The notes beneath the pieces are model-generated. The model saw only the letters and a program-made list of their open reading frames with translations. It did no database searches and was not told where the DNA came from. Shown piece after piece: positions 8,271-18,174 of a DNA stretch of 64,000 nucleotides. Source of the stretch: an uncultured Bacteroidales bacterium (lineage in GTDB: Bacteria > Bacteroidota > Bacteroidia > Bacteroidales > Barnesiellaceae); assembly GCA_949298955.1 (NCBI GenBank), contig CASFYQ010000006.1, forward strand, positions 111,473 to 175,472. The letters are read 5' to 3'. The position numbers and the translations under genes were made by a program. Position 1 is the stretch's first letter; every line of letters begins with the position of its first letter.

Positions 8271-9401
8271 ATGGCCGGAATTTATATTCATATCCCGTTT
8301 TGTGCAAGCCGCTGTATCTATTGCGACTTTTTCTCGTCGACCGATTCGTCGTGGCGGGGACGTTATGTCGAGGCTGTGTGCCGCGAGTTGCAGTTGCGTC
8401 GTGACGAATTGGGCCGTGAGCCGGTGTCGACGGTCTATTTCGGCGGGGGAACTCCTTCGACACTCTCGGCCGCCGAGCGCGACCGCCTGTTTGATGCCCT
8501 TTCGACGGTGGTCGATTGGAGCGAATGCGGCGAGGTGACTTTCGAGGCGAATCCCGACGATGTGAATCCTTTGTTCATAGCGTCGTTGAAAACGACACCG
8601 GTCAATCGGTTGAGTATGGGGGTACAGAGTTTCGACGATGTCCACCTGGCTTTCTTGCGCCGGCGCCATACGGCTCGTGAGGCTGTCGAGGCGGTGGCGC
8701 GTTGCCGGACTGCCGGATACGACAACCTCAGCATCGATCTCATTTATGGCTTGCCGGGCCAGACTATCGAGGGGTGGCGGGCCGATTTGCGGCAGGCGGT
8801 GGCGCTGGGGGTTCCGCATATCTCGGCTTACAGCCTCATCTACGAGGAGGGTACGGCTCTGTGGCGTCTGCGCGAGCGGGGTGAGGTGAAGGAGTGTGAC
8901 GAGGAGTTGTCGTTGCAGATGTTCGACGAGCTCATCGACCGCTTGGCCGGTGCCGGATACGAGCACTACGAGATTTCCAACTTTGCCCGCGACGGCCGTT
9001 ATGCCCGGCACAACACTTCATATTGGACGGGGGTGCCCTATCTGGGCCTGGGAGCGGCGGCTCACAGCTACGACGGCCGGGTGAGGCGCATCAATCCCGC
9101 CTCGTTGAGCGAGTATATAGGGGCAATCGAAGCCGGGCATGTGGCTTGTGTCGAGGAGCGGGAAGATTGCGACAGCCTTTACAACGAGCGTATCCTCACC
9201 TCGTTGCGCACTTGCTGGGGGCTCGATTTGGTGCGGCTGCGGGCCGATTTCGGCGAGGCTCGTGCGCGCTATTGTCTCGAACAGGCGCAACCCCATCTGA
9301 AAGCCGGGAGGCTCGCTCTCGACAATGGGGTGTTGCGTGTCACCCGCCGGGGGCTCTTTACATCCGACGACATCATGAGCGACCTCTTTTGGGTCGATTA
9401 G
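8271..9401 (+). CDS. hemW: Radical SAM heme chaperone HemW (HemN-like, oxygen-independent coproporphyrinogen oxidase family)
   Basis: N-terminal IYIHIPFCASRCIYCDF (CxxxCxxC) radical-SAM motif. Length and C-terminal HemN_C-like region fit the family. Confidence 0.9.
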   Translation: MAGIYIHIPFCASRCIYCDFFSSTDSSWRGRYVEAVCRELQLRRDELGREPVSTVYFGGGTPSTLSAAERDRLFDALSTVVDWSECGEVTFEANPDDVNPLFIASLKTTPVNRLSMGVQSFDDVHLAFLRRRHTAREAVEAVARCRTAGYDNLSIDLIYGLPGQTIEGWRADLRQAVALGVPHISAYSLIYEEGTALWRLRERGEVKECDEELSLQMFDELIDRLAGAGYEHYEISNFARDGRYARHNTSYWTGVPYLGLGAAAHSYDGRVRRINPASLSEYIGAIEAGHVACVEEREDCDSLYNERILTSLRTCWGLDLVRLRADFGEARARYCLEQAQPHLKAGRLALDNGVLRVTRRGLFTSDDIMSDLFWVD

Positions 9402-9416
9402 TTTGCACCGTCGCTT

Positions 9417-10088
9417 TTACAGTTTCAGTTTATACCCCAAAGAGAAGAGGGTGTTGAGCTGTTGGGGCGTTTTGCTCATGAGGTGTTCTTCCCGCACTTT
9501 TAATTCGATGGTGTTTTTGCTGTCGATGCGGTATTCGACTCCGGCATCGTACCACACCCGATCCATTTCTCCGGCCTGGTTGCCGTTGAGCAGGAGAAAA
9601 ATGTCGGCATGAAAAAACGGAGTCCATCGGCTGTTGGGTATGGCATAGCTGAACAGCAACTTGTTGCGCCACTTGTTCAGCGGCTTGTCGTCGCCTATCG
9701 TGTAGGTCGACTCGAACCGCGAACTCAACGACAGCGACCACTGCCTTATCGGGTAGGAGAAGGTTGCTCCCAGGTGATAGCGGTGGCGGTTCTTGTAGGT
9801 GCCCGGCGGAGTCTGCTGGTTCATGTAGTAGTAGAGCACATTCAATTTCAGATACTTGGGTATGGCGGTGTACGATACTGTCACGATGGGCATATAGCGC
9901 TCGTAGTATTTGCCCAGGGTCCACACGTTTTGTTGCAGTTGCAGGTTCACCCGGTCGATTTGTTTCGACACGGTGAAGTTCCACATGGTACCCACCTCGC
10001 TGCTGTATTCCCGGGCTGTCGCTGTCTGGGAAATCCCGGTAAGAAGCAGGGCCGAGAAGAGAATCGTTTTGAAAGAAAACCGTTTCAT
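9417..10088 (-). CDS. Putative outer-membrane beta-barrel protein (DUF2490-like)
   Basis: Signal peptide, alternating aromatic/hydrophilic beta-strand pattern, C-terminal ...GYKLKL. The family assignment is from memory only. Confidence 0.6.
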   Translation of the reverse strand: MKRFSFKTILFSALLLTGISQTATAREYSSEVGTMWNFTVSKQIDRVNLQLQQNVWTLGKYYERYMPIVTVSYTAIPKYLKLNVLYYYMNQQTPPGTYKNRHRYHLGATFSYPIRQWSLSLSSRFESTYTIGDDKPLNKWRNKLLFSYAIPNSRWTPFFHADIFLLLNGNQAGEMDRVWYDAGVEYRIDSKNTIELKVREEHLMSKTPQQLNTLFSLGYKLKL

Positions 10089-10090
10089 GC

Positions 10091-10564
10091 TTATTCGTGA
10101 TGATAAGGTTCGTTGTTGAGAATGGTCATGGCCCGATAGAGCTGTTCGGTGAAGATGAGGCGAATCATCTGGTGGGAGTAGGTCATCTTCGAGAGCGATA
10201 TTTTTTCTTGTGCGGCCTCATAGATGCGATTGGAGAAGCCGTAAGGTCCGCCAATGACAAAGACCAGCCGTTTGGCTACGTTGGCCATCTTTTTTTCGAG
10301 GTATGAGGCAAACTGCATGGAGGTGAACTCCTTGCCCCGCTCGTCGAGCAGGACGATGTAGTCGCCGGGCTGCAACGCTTTCAAGATGAGGTCGGCCTCC
10401 CGCTCTTTCTGCTGGTCGGTGCTGAGGCTTTTGGTATTGCGCAACTCGGGTATGACAATGGTCTCGAACGGCACATAATGAGCGAGCCGTTTGCTGTACT
10501 CATCGATGCCTGCGACGAAATACGGTTCCACCGTTTTTCCCACGACCAGTAGCGATATTTTCAT
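10091..10564 (-). CDS. rlmH: 23S rRNA (pseudouridine1915-N3)-methyltransferase RlmH
   Basis: MKISLLVVGKT...GGPYGF...SHQMIRLIFTEQLYRA, the SPOUT/RlmH signature. The ORF-track N-terminal 24 aa look like an upstream extension. Confidence 0.9.
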   Translation of the reverse strand: MKISLLVVGKTVEPYFVAGIDEYSKRLAHYVPFETIVIPELRNTKSLSTDQQKEREADLILKALQPGDYIVLLDERGKEFTSMQFASYLEKKMANVAKRLVFVIGGPYGFSNRIYEAAQEKISLSKMTYSHQMIRLIFTEQLYRAMTILNNEPYHHE

Positions 10565-10684
10565 GCCGGTTTTTAAATTTTCCGCAAAATTAGCATAAAT
10601 AAAGAGTAAAATCAAACTTGTTTCTCTCTTTGCCATGTGTTATCTTTGTGGCGATATAAGAAATTGTCAAAAAAACAGAAAGAT

Positions 10685-11533
10685 ATGAAAACTCCCGAGC
10701 AATTAATAGATGAGCTGATTGACTTGGCCTTTGCCGAAGATATAGGCGATGGCGACCACACGACCCTGTGCTGTATTCCTGCGACGGCTATGGGTAAATC
10801 GAAATTGTTGATTAAGGAGCCGGGCGTGCTGGCCGGTGTGGAGGTCGCGCGCGAGATATTCCGCCGTTTCGACCCCGAGTTGAAAATGACGGTCTATATC
10901 GAGGACGGTGCCGAGGTGAAACCCGGCGATGTGGCTTTTGTCGTAGAGGGGCGCATACAATCGTTGTTGCAGACCGAGCGTCTCATGCTCAACGTGATGC
11001 AGCGCATGAGCGGTATCGCCACCATGACCCGCCGCTATGTGAAACGGCTCGAAGGGCTGCACACCCGGGTGCTCGATACCCGCAAGACGACGCCGGGCAT
11101 GCGTATGCTCGAGAAGGCTGCCGTAAAAATCGGTGGCGGGGTGAACCACCGCATCGGTCTCTTCGACATGATTCTGCTCAAAGACAACCACGTCGACTTT
11201 GCCGGTGGTATCGAGAACGCCATCACCCGCTGCCACAACTATTTGAAAGAAAAAGGCAAAGACCTGAAAATCGAAATCGAGGTGCGCAACCTCGACGAGC
11301 TGCGCGAGGTGATGCGTGTGGGCGGTGTAGACCGCATCATGCTCGACAATTTTTCGCCCGAACTCACCCGCGAGGCTGTGAAGATTGTCGGTGGCAAATA
11401 CGAAATCGAATCGTCGGGGGGGATTACTTTCGATACCATCCGCGACTATGCCGAATGTGGCGTCGATTTCGTGTCGGTGGGAGCACTCACTCACTCGGTC
11501 AAAGGACTCGACATGAGCTTCAAGGCTTGTTGA
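10685..11533 (+). CDS. nadC: Nicotinate-nucleotide pyrophosphorylase (carboxylating) NadC
   Basis: Full-length QPRTase similarity (LDTRKTTPG, KDNH). A TATCTTTG -7 box at 10641-10648 favours the ATG at 10685. Confidence 0.92.
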   Translation: MKTPEQLIDELIDLAFAEDIGDGDHTTLCCIPATAMGKSKLLIKEPGVLAGVEVAREIFRRFDPELKMTVYIEDGAEVKPGDVAFVVEGRIQSLLQTERLMLNVMQRMSGIATMTRRYVKRLEGLHTRVLDTRKTTPGMRMLEKAAVKIGGGVNHRIGLFDMILLKDNHVDFAGGIENAITRCHNYLKEKGKDLKIEIEVRNLDELREVMRVGGVDRIMLDNFSPELTREAVKIVGGKYEIESSGGITFDTIRDYAECGVDFVSVGALTHSVKGLDMSFKAC

Positions 11534-11557
11534 TGGAATAATCGGTTACAAAACAGG

Positions 11558-11604
11558 CATCACCCCAAGAGTTCCACCGGATTCTTGGGGTGATGTTGTT
11601 TTTT
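11558..11604 (+). terminator. Rho-independent terminator after nadC
   Basis: CATCACCCCAAGA / TCTTGGGGTGATG 13-bp stem followed by TTGTTTTTT. Confidence 0.75.
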
Positions 11605-11685
11605 ATATTCTGTGACGGTTGAGCGGAGTGGTCATTCAACCCCGTAAGTTATTCTTCTATTAAGCGCTGCATTGAGGTGAGCGGT

Positions 11686-12045
11686 TTATTCTGTCGGGGA
11701 CGTTTTCTCGATGATTTGCAGCAGTTTGTAGGTCACGCTGCTGGCGTCGGCGGGAGGATTGGCCAGGGTAGTTTTTTCGACCGACAGGGTATAGGCGTAT
11801 CCTTTTTCATAGGTAAAGCCGGCGATGGCCCCGAAGGCGAGGGGTTGATAGTCGGTTTCTCCCGCCTCTTTCACCAGCATACACTCGACGGGCTGTTCGG
11901 ATCCCCAAGGCTGGTAGGAACCTGTTTGGGGCGAGACATAGAGGGTGATGGTCTCTACTCGGTCTTTCAGCATGTCGTCCTTGTTGCAACCGATGAGGAC
12001 AAGGTTCCCAAAAAGCAGGACGAGGAGCAGGAGTCGGGCTTTCAT
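11686..12045 (-). CDS. Small lipoprotein (possibly DUF4377-like)
   Basis: Lipoprotein signal ...LVLIGC. 119 aa. The family guess is from memory only. Confidence 0.65.
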   Translation of the reverse strand: MKARLLLLVLLFGNLVLIGCNKDDMLKDRVETITLYVSPQTGSYQPWGSEQPVECMLVKEAGETDYQPLAFGAIAGFTYEKGYAYTLSVEKTTLANPPADASSVTYKLLQIIEKTSPTE

Positions 12046-12229
12046 GATTTCAGGTGATTGGGGTTATTTGCCGGCAAATATAGAAAAAGAAAACTCTTCG
12101 GACAAAAACAGACGCCCGGATTTGTTCCGCATAGGTAAAAATTGAATATTATATGATATATACACCCGAGGCTGTATCTGGCAAAGCAGGTACAGCCTCG
12201 TACTTTATTTGTCTTGTGTTACAGGATTT

Positions 12230-12688
12230 CTAATTGTTGAGCACCAGGCGGAAGACCATGTCTTCGGGTTGCTGTTGGGCAAAGTCGCTGTACTGTACAT
12301 AGAAAGCCACGCTACCCGGCATGTAGTCGTAGGTATAGGTCTCGGTCCAGAGGAGGGTGCCTTCCGGATCGTTGCTGCCCCGGTGTACGGTATAGGGTAG
12401 AGGGGTGATGACCTCGTCGTCGGTACCCGGCGATTGTACCAGATAACCCAGTGCATAGCCGTTGAGGTAGAGGTCGTCGGTGATGTCTTTGTTGTCAAAC
12501 ACATACATATAGTAGGTGTTGAGTCCGTCACCCGAGATGACGAGCTCCCAGTCTTGCGATCTCACGGTGTAGGTGTAGTATTTCCAATACATGCCTTCGC
12601 CGACACCTTGGGGACCTTGGGGTCCCATGGGGCCTTCGCAGGAGAACAGAGCCAAACTTATAATCGCCAACAGTAAAATTTTTTTCAT
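12230..12688 (-). CDS. Lipoprotein with a short collagen-like GPxGPxGPxG stretch right after the lipobox Cys
   Basis: MKKILLLAIISLALFSC-EGPMGPQGPQGVGEG. The rest is aromatic-rich and beta-like. Confidence 0.65.
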   Translation of the reverse strand: MKKILLLAIISLALFSCEGPMGPQGPQGVGEGMYWKYYTYTVRSQDWELVISGDGLNTYYMYVFDNKDITDDLYLNGYALGYLVQSPGTDDEVITPLPYTVHRGSNDPEGTLLWTETYTYDYMPGSVAFYVQYSDFAQQQPEDMVFRLVLNN

Positions 12689-13082
12689 ACGTTATTCAAA
12701 TTATCCGTTTAAGACTGTGTGTCGAAAGAGGTTTCCCGATAAATTTCAGTTTCTCGAAACCTGTTTTTTGTACAAATATAACAAGGAGTTATTAAAAACG
12801 GCTCTGATTTCCGATAATTTAATTTTTTTAATGAACGCAGCCTTTTGTGCGGATAAGGTTATGAGGCCTCGTGCCGGGACGACGAGGAGATTGTTATGGC
12901 TTCTCCACATCGGGAGTGGTGACTTGGGCCGATTTGTTATAAAATGCTTATGTCCATGCTACGGGAGCTGAATAATTTGTACCTTTGTCGCCGAGGAATT
13001 ACAGTCCTGCGGGCTTGTATCTCGATATTGTTTTTCGGGCTGCGGGGCCTGTATGGGCATAATTGCGAATTTAGAAAGAACT

Positions 13083-14447
13083 ATGACAAATCGTACATCT
13101 CCATTGATTCTCGGTACCGAGTCTATCGGCAAGTTGTTGGTGCAGTATTCGGTGCCTGCTATTATTGCGATGACAGTCACATCGCTTTACAACATTATCG
13201 ACAGTATCTTTATTGGTCATGGCGTAGGGGCTTTGGCCATTGCCGGTTTGGCAATTACTTTCCCGCTGATGAATTTGGTGGTGGCTTTTTGTACGCTGGT
13301 AGGTATAGGAGGCGCTACGATAAGCTCTATTTTTCTGGGGCAGGGCGATAAGGTGCGGGCTACCGAGGTAGTGCACAATGTGCTGTTTATGTGCATAATC
13401 AATGCCATTTGTTTTGGTGGATTGACCTTTCTGTTTCTCGATCCCATTCTGCTCTTTTTCGGGGCGAGCCCCGACACGTTGCCCTATGCCCGTGATTTCA
13501 TGCAGGTGATTTTGCTGGGAACCCCCATTGCCTATGTTTTCATCGGCCTGAACAATGTGATGCGGGCTACGGGGTATCCCCGCAAGGCGATGCTTTCGTC
13601 GTTGCTTACAGTGGGGTGCAATGTGATATTGGCGCCTGTTTTCATCTTTTTGTTGGGGTGGGGCATACGGGGCGCCGCATTAGCTACGGTTGCGTCGCAA
13701 ATGGTCGCTATGGTGTGGGTACTTGCCCACTTTTCCAATAAAAAAAGCTTCGTCCATTTCGACCGACGTTATGCCCGGTTGAAAGCCCGGGTAGTGGGTA
13801 AGATTTTCTCGATAGGCATGTCGCCTTTCCTCATGAACGTGTGTGCCTGTGTGGTAGTGATTTTTATTAACAATGCGTTGCAACGTACGGGCGGCGACAT
13901 GGCTATCGGCGCCTATGGCATCGTGAATCGCACGCTCATGCTCTTTGTGATGATTGTGATGGGTATTACCCAAGGCATGCAGCCCATTGTGGGATATAAT
14001 TTCGGAGCCAGACAGTATGACCGGGTGCGCAAGACGTTGCGCTACGGTATTGCGGCCGGCGTATTGGTCACGACGGTGGGGTTTGTGCTGAGCGAGCTTT
14101 TCCCTCATGCTATCGTGGCTCTCTTTACCACCAGCGAAGAGTTGGTCGACCTGTCGGTTGTGGGGTTGCGCATCTGTTGTGCCATGTTCCCCTTTGTGGG
14201 GTGCCAGATTGTCATCTCTAATTTCTTCCAGTCGATAGGGAAGGCACCGGTCTCGATTTTTCTTTCCCTGTCGAGGCAGTTGCTCTTCTTGCTGCCGTTG
14301 CTGCTCATCTTGCCCGACTATTGGTCGACGAACGGGGTGTGGTGGAGTATGCCCATCTCCGATTTCGTGGCGTTTGTGATAGCCGTCATGGCGTTGGTGA
14401 TTCACCAACGCTCTATCCGTAGAAAATATCAGAGTGTTCAATCTTAA
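13083..14447 (+). CDS. MATE family efflux transporter
   Basis: 12-TM profile. N-terminal ...GKLLVQYSVPAIIAMTVTSLYNIIDSIFIGHGVG is typical of MATE/NorM. Confidence 0.9.
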   Translation: MTNRTSPLILGTESIGKLLVQYSVPAIIAMTVTSLYNIIDSIFIGHGVGALAIAGLAITFPLMNLVVAFCTLVGIGGATISSIFLGQGDKVRATEVVHNVLFMCIINAICFGGLTFLFLDPILLFFGASPDTLPYARDFMQVILLGTPIAYVFIGLNNVMRATGYPRKAMLSSLLTVGCNVILAPVFIFLLGWGIRGAALATVASQMVAMVWVLAHFSNKKSFVHFDRRYARLKARVVGKIFSIGMSPFLMNVCACVVVIFINNALQRTGGDMAIGAYGIVNRTLMLFVMIVMGITQGMQPIVGYNFGARQYDRVRKTLRYGIAAGVLVTTVGFVLSELFPHAIVALFTTSEELVDLSVVGLRICCAMFPFVGCQIVISNFFQSIGKAPVSIFLSLSRQLLFLLPLLLILPDYWSTNGVWWSMPISDFVAFVIAVMALVIHQRSIRRKYQSVQS

Positions 14448-14459
14448 AAATATGAGGCT

Positions 14460-14903
14460 ATGAAAAAGAGATTAACCATTGCGCTGGTGGCGCACGATAA
14501 CCGCAAGGCCGATATGGTGGAGTGGGTGAGACATAATGCCGAGTTGCTGTCGCATCATCACCTGGTGTGCACGGGTACGACCGGGCGATTGGTCAAGGGG
14601 GCTTTTGAGGATTTGAATATTCCGGCCGATGTCACTTGCATGAACTCGGGGCCGTTGGGTGGCGATGCCGAGATTGCCGCGCTGGTGGTGCGGCATCAAA
14701 TCGATCTCGCCATATTCCTTATCGACGACCTCAACCCGCAACCGCATGAAGCCGACATACAGATGTTGCTGCGCCAGTGCCGGGTGCATAATGTGCCTAT
14801 TGCCTGCAATCGGTATAGTGCCGACTTGATGATTACGAGCACGCTGTGGGACGACGATAGCTATGTGCCCAGCGAACCGAAATACATCTATTTCAAACGT
14901 TGA
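14460..14903 (+). CDS. mgsA: Methylglyoxal synthase
   Basis: IALVAHDNRK...LVCTGTTG...GPLGGD motifs. Confidence 0.92.
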   Translation: MKKRLTIALVAHDNRKADMVEWVRHNAELLSHHHLVCTGTTGRLVKGAFEDLNIPADVTCMNSGPLGGDAEIAALVVRHQIDLAIFLIDDLNPQPHEADIQMLLRQCRVHNVPIACNRYSADLMITSTLWDDDSYVPSEPKYIYFKR

Positions 14904-14947
14904 CAGCCTTCCGTTATTCCGGGGGCGGGGATATTGTTTACATGAAC

Positions 14948-14976
14948 GCGGTTTGTGTCGCACCGACACAAACCGC
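14948..14976. terminator. Hairpin between convergent mgsA and the ABC-F gene (possible bidirectional terminator)
   Basis: GCGGTTTGTGTCG-CAC-CGACACAAACCGC, a perfect 13-bp stem. No strong T-tract on either side. Confidence 0.45.
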
Positions 14977-14990
14977 GTTCGTCGTTTCTG

Positions 14991-16880
14991 TTAGCCTTCG
15001 ATTTCACTCAGTTCGAGCCAGCGCAAGGTCTTCTCGTCGAGCAGGTCGTTGACCTCGGGTAGCCGCTTCGATTTCGCAGTGAGTTCGTCTACCCCCAGGG
15101 TGCCGCTGCACAACTCGGTTTCGATGGCCTTTTTCTCCTCTTCGAGAGCCGCTATTTCGGCTTCGAGTTGCTCCAGCTCTTTCCTTTCCTTGAACGAGAG
15201 CCGTCGTCGGCTGTTTTCGGTCGGAGTGCGCTTCTCGGCTGTCGTTTTTTTGTTCTCTTGCCGAGCCTTTTCGGCCTGTTCGTTCCGCGCCTTTTGCTCT
15301 TGGGCTTCGCGCCATTCGCGGTAATCGGTATAGTTGCCGGGAAAATCTTTCAGTTCGCCGTTGCCCTTGAACACCAGCAGGTGGTCGGCCACTTTGTCCA
15401 TGAAATAGCGGTCGTGCGAGATGACGATGACACACCCTTTGAAATTGCGCAGGTAATCTTCGAGTACGTTGAGGGTAACGATGTCGAGGTCGTTGGTAGG
15501 CTCGTCGAGCACCAGGAAATTGGGATTGCTGATGAGTACCGTGCAGAGGTAGAGCCGGCGTCGCTCGCCACCGCTCAACTTATAGATATAATTGTGTTGG
15601 GTTTCGGGGGTGAAGAGAAAGTGTTGCAGGAACTGCGAGGCCGACAGTTTGCGCCCGTCGCCGAGCGAAATTTCTTCGGCGATGTCGCGCACGGCATCGA
15701 TTACCTTCATCTGGTCGTTGAATCGCATGCCCTCCTGGCTGTAATAGCCGAATTTGACTGTCTCGCCGATGTCGAACCGCCCGCGATCGGGCTTCACCTC
15801 GCCGATGAGCATTTTGATGAAGGTCGATTTGCCGGTACCGTTGTTGCCCACGATACCCATCTTTTCGTAACGGGTGAAGGTGTAGTCGAAATTCTCGATA
15901 ATCTTCAAGTCACCGAAACTCTTGGTGATGCCTTTGGCCTCGAAAATCTTGGACCCGATGTACGACGATTTCACTTCGAGCCGCACCTGACCGGCTGCCT
16001 TCTCGCGTCGCGCTTTCTCCTGCAACTCGGCAAAGGCGTCGATGCGGTATTTGGCTTTGGTGCCCCGGGCCTGAGGCTGGCGGCGAATCCATTCCAGCTC
16101 GGTGCGCATGAGGTTGCGTGCCCGGTCTATCTCGGCATTGTGTATTTCGATGCGTTCTTCGCGCTTTTCGAGATAGTAGCTGTAATTGCCTTTGTAGCTG
16201 TACAGAGTGCGGTCGTCGATTTCGACAATCTGGTTGCACACCCGGTCGAGGAAATAACGGTCGTGAGTGACCATGAGCAGCGTGATGTTCGAGCGGCGCA
16301 GGAACTCTTCGAGCCACTCGGTCATATCGATGTCGAGGTGGTTGGTAGGCTCGTCGAGAATGAGCAGGTCGGGCTCGGTGATAAGCACGTTGGCCAAAGC
16401 CAGTCGCTTCAGCTGTCCGCCCGACAGCTCGCGTATCGGTTGCTCGAAATGGGTGATTTTGAGTTGCGATAGAATCTGTTTGGCCCGTTGTTCGTAGTCC
16501 CAGGCTTTGGCGTGTTCCATGCGGTCGAGCAGGGCTTGCAGCCGTTCCGGGTCGTTGGCTTGGAGCGCTTGTTCATATTCGGCGATGAGGCGCACCGTTT
16601 CGTTGTCCGACTGGAAGCAGGCCTCGATGACCGTCAGCTCGGGCGCATACGACGGCGACTGTTCCAGATAGCCTACCCGCAACCCGTTGCGGTAGGTGAT
16701 GTGGCCGCTGTCATAGTCCTCCTTACCGGCCAAGATGTTGAGCAGCGTCGTTTTGCCCGCTCCGTTTTTGGCGATGAGTCCTATGCGGTCGCCTTCGCCC
16801 ACACCCAGCGAAATGTTTTCGAACAAAACACGGTCGCCGAATGATTTGGTGAGATTCTCTATCTGTAAATAACTGATCAT
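14991..16880 (-). CDS. ABC-F family ATPase (Uup/EttA-like, two ABC domains, no TMD, C-terminal coiled coil)
   Basis: Two Walker A motifs (GKNGAGKTT, GNNGTGKST). Two LSGG signatures (LSGGQLKR, LSGGERRR). Charged coiled-coil tail. Confidence 0.92.
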   Translation of the reverse strand: MISYLQIENLTKSFGDRVLFENISLGVGEGDRIGLIAKNGAGKTTLLNILAGKEDYDSGHITYRNGLRVGYLEQSPSYAPELTVIEACFQSDNETVRLIAEYEQALQANDPERLQALLDRMEHAKAWDYEQRAKQILSQLKITHFEQPIRELSGGQLKRLALANVLITEPDLLILDEPTNHLDIDMTEWLEEFLRRSNITLLMVTHDRYFLDRVCNQIVEIDDRTLYSYKGNYSYYLEKREERIEIHNAEIDRARNLMRTELEWIRRQPQARGTKAKYRIDAFAELQEKARREKAAGQVRLEVKSSYIGSKIFEAKGITKSFGDLKIIENFDYTFTRYEKMGIVGNNGTGKSTFIKMLIGEVKPDRGRFDIGETVKFGYYSQEGMRFNDQMKVIDAVRDIAEEISLGDGRKLSASQFLQHFLFTPETQHNYIYKLSGGERRRLYLCTVLISNPNFLVLDEPTNDLDIVTLNVLEDYLRNFKGCVIVISHDRYFMDKVADHLLVFKGNGELKDFPGNYTDYREWREAQEQKARNEQAEKARQENKKTTAEKRTPTENSRRRLSFKERKELEQLEAEIAALEEEKKAIETELCSGTLGVDELTAKSKRLPEVNDLLDEKTLRWLELSEIEG

Positions 16881-17415
16881 AGTCTGTGGTTAAGCGGACT
16901 CAAATTTACGACAAATGTAGTGATTGGGCAAATTGTTGCTCTCGTGGTTGCAAAAACTCTCGGGATTGGGTTGTTCGGAGCCGGTTGAGAGAACGTGAAG
17001 CCTGGGGGGGATATGCGGGCAAATCCAGGCGCCTGGTGTTTGTTTTGAATGATTTTCGAATGAAAAAACGGTTTCCTGCAAAAAATAAAGGCAGAACCGC
17101 TTGCGTTTAAGAATAAAGTTCTATCTTTGCAAAGTTTGATTGAGCCCGATGACATAAGGGTCGCGGGTTATACCAATCTTGTTATCCTATCTATCTACCT
17201 GAAACACAAAGAAAAAACACACACAAACGCCGACATTATCCGTTATTGCAAGACCGTTAAGCATTTGGTCGGAAATGCAGAGTCTTGCGGGAAATCCTTC
17301 TCGTCTTTATCTTTTTTCATGGGAACAGTAAAAATCAGCGGGGAAATAGACAAAAGAATATTTTTCTGCTCACTACCAGATACTCAGAAGAATAATAAGA
17401 GGATAGTTTTAAGTT

Positions 17416-17772
17416 TCTCCTCTATGTCGCATCGGCAATAGAGGAGAGGGCCACGCCGCGAGGGGGTGAAAAAAGGAATGAAAAAGGAGGCTGACAGGGA
17501 ATACATTAAAACTCCTCCTCTGTGTTCTCCGTGAGGAGAATATAGGGGAGGTGTCACGTAGCGAGGGAATGAAAAAAGAGGCTGACAGGGAATATATTAA
17601 AACTCCTCCCCCCCTGTGTTCTCCGTAAGGAGAATATAGGGGAGATGTCACGTAGCGAGGGAATGAAAAAAGAGGCTGACAGGGAATATATTAAAACTCC
17701 TCCCCCTGTGTTCTCCGTAAGGAGAATATAGGGGAGGTGTCACGTAGTGACGGAGGGGCCGTAAGGAGAATA
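17416..17772 (+). repeat. Hairpin-repeat array A: a lead hairpin plus about 3.5 tandem units of 92-104 bp, hairpins folding in the + strand sense
   Basis: Unit boundaries lie near 17441, 17545, 17639, 17731 and 17773. Hairpins CCCCTGTGTTCTCC-GT(G/A)A-GGAGAATATAGGGG at 17515-17550, 17611-17642 and 17703-17734; a truncated copy at 17757-17780. A separate 10-bp perfect inverted repeat lies at 17416-17447. Confidence 0.85.
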
Positions 17773-18110
17773 TAGGGGAGGTGTCACGTAGTGACGGAGG
17801 GGTTAAATACACTCATATAAAAACTTTATTTTCACTTTTTCAACCCCTCTCCTCGGGGCATAGGCCCTTCGGTTTCTCCCCTATATCACCGTCGTGACAC
17901 AGGGGAGAAATGAAGATAGTTCTTCTACCCTTTGGATTGTCGATAGTAGTGGATAGATTCCTCCTCCTCTGCTCGGCGATAGCCGAGAAAGGGGAGGTGT
18001 CACGTAGTGACGGAGGGGTTGAAAATCTCTCTGGCCCTTTTTCTTAACCCCCTCGCCTGCGGCACTCCCCCTATATTTTCTTGCAGAAAACACAGGGGGA
18101 GAGGGTAAAT
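17773..18110. repeat. Direct repeat S1 (left copy) of a composite segment carrying two minus-sense hairpins
   Basis: Aligns with 21222-21508, with roughly nine in ten positions identical by eye over the shared blocks. S1 carries an extra ~52 bp at 17921-17972. 18047-18110 is identical to 21636-21699 in array B. Confidence 0.85.
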
Positions 18111-18174
18111 CTATCGCCTGTCACATACGGAGAGGAGAGAATTGTCGTGAGGGCGACGGGGGTGGTGAATCACT

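Noticed and set aside
17158-17169. A 12-nt identity (GGGTCGCGGGTT) to the variable/T-stem region of the tRNA-Asp gene, considered as a tRNA remnant marking an integration site at the left edge of the island.
   Set aside because: A 12-mer match to a 77-nt query is expected by chance about once in two windows of this size. The match covers the middle rather than the 3' end of the tRNA, and the flanks do not extend the similarity.
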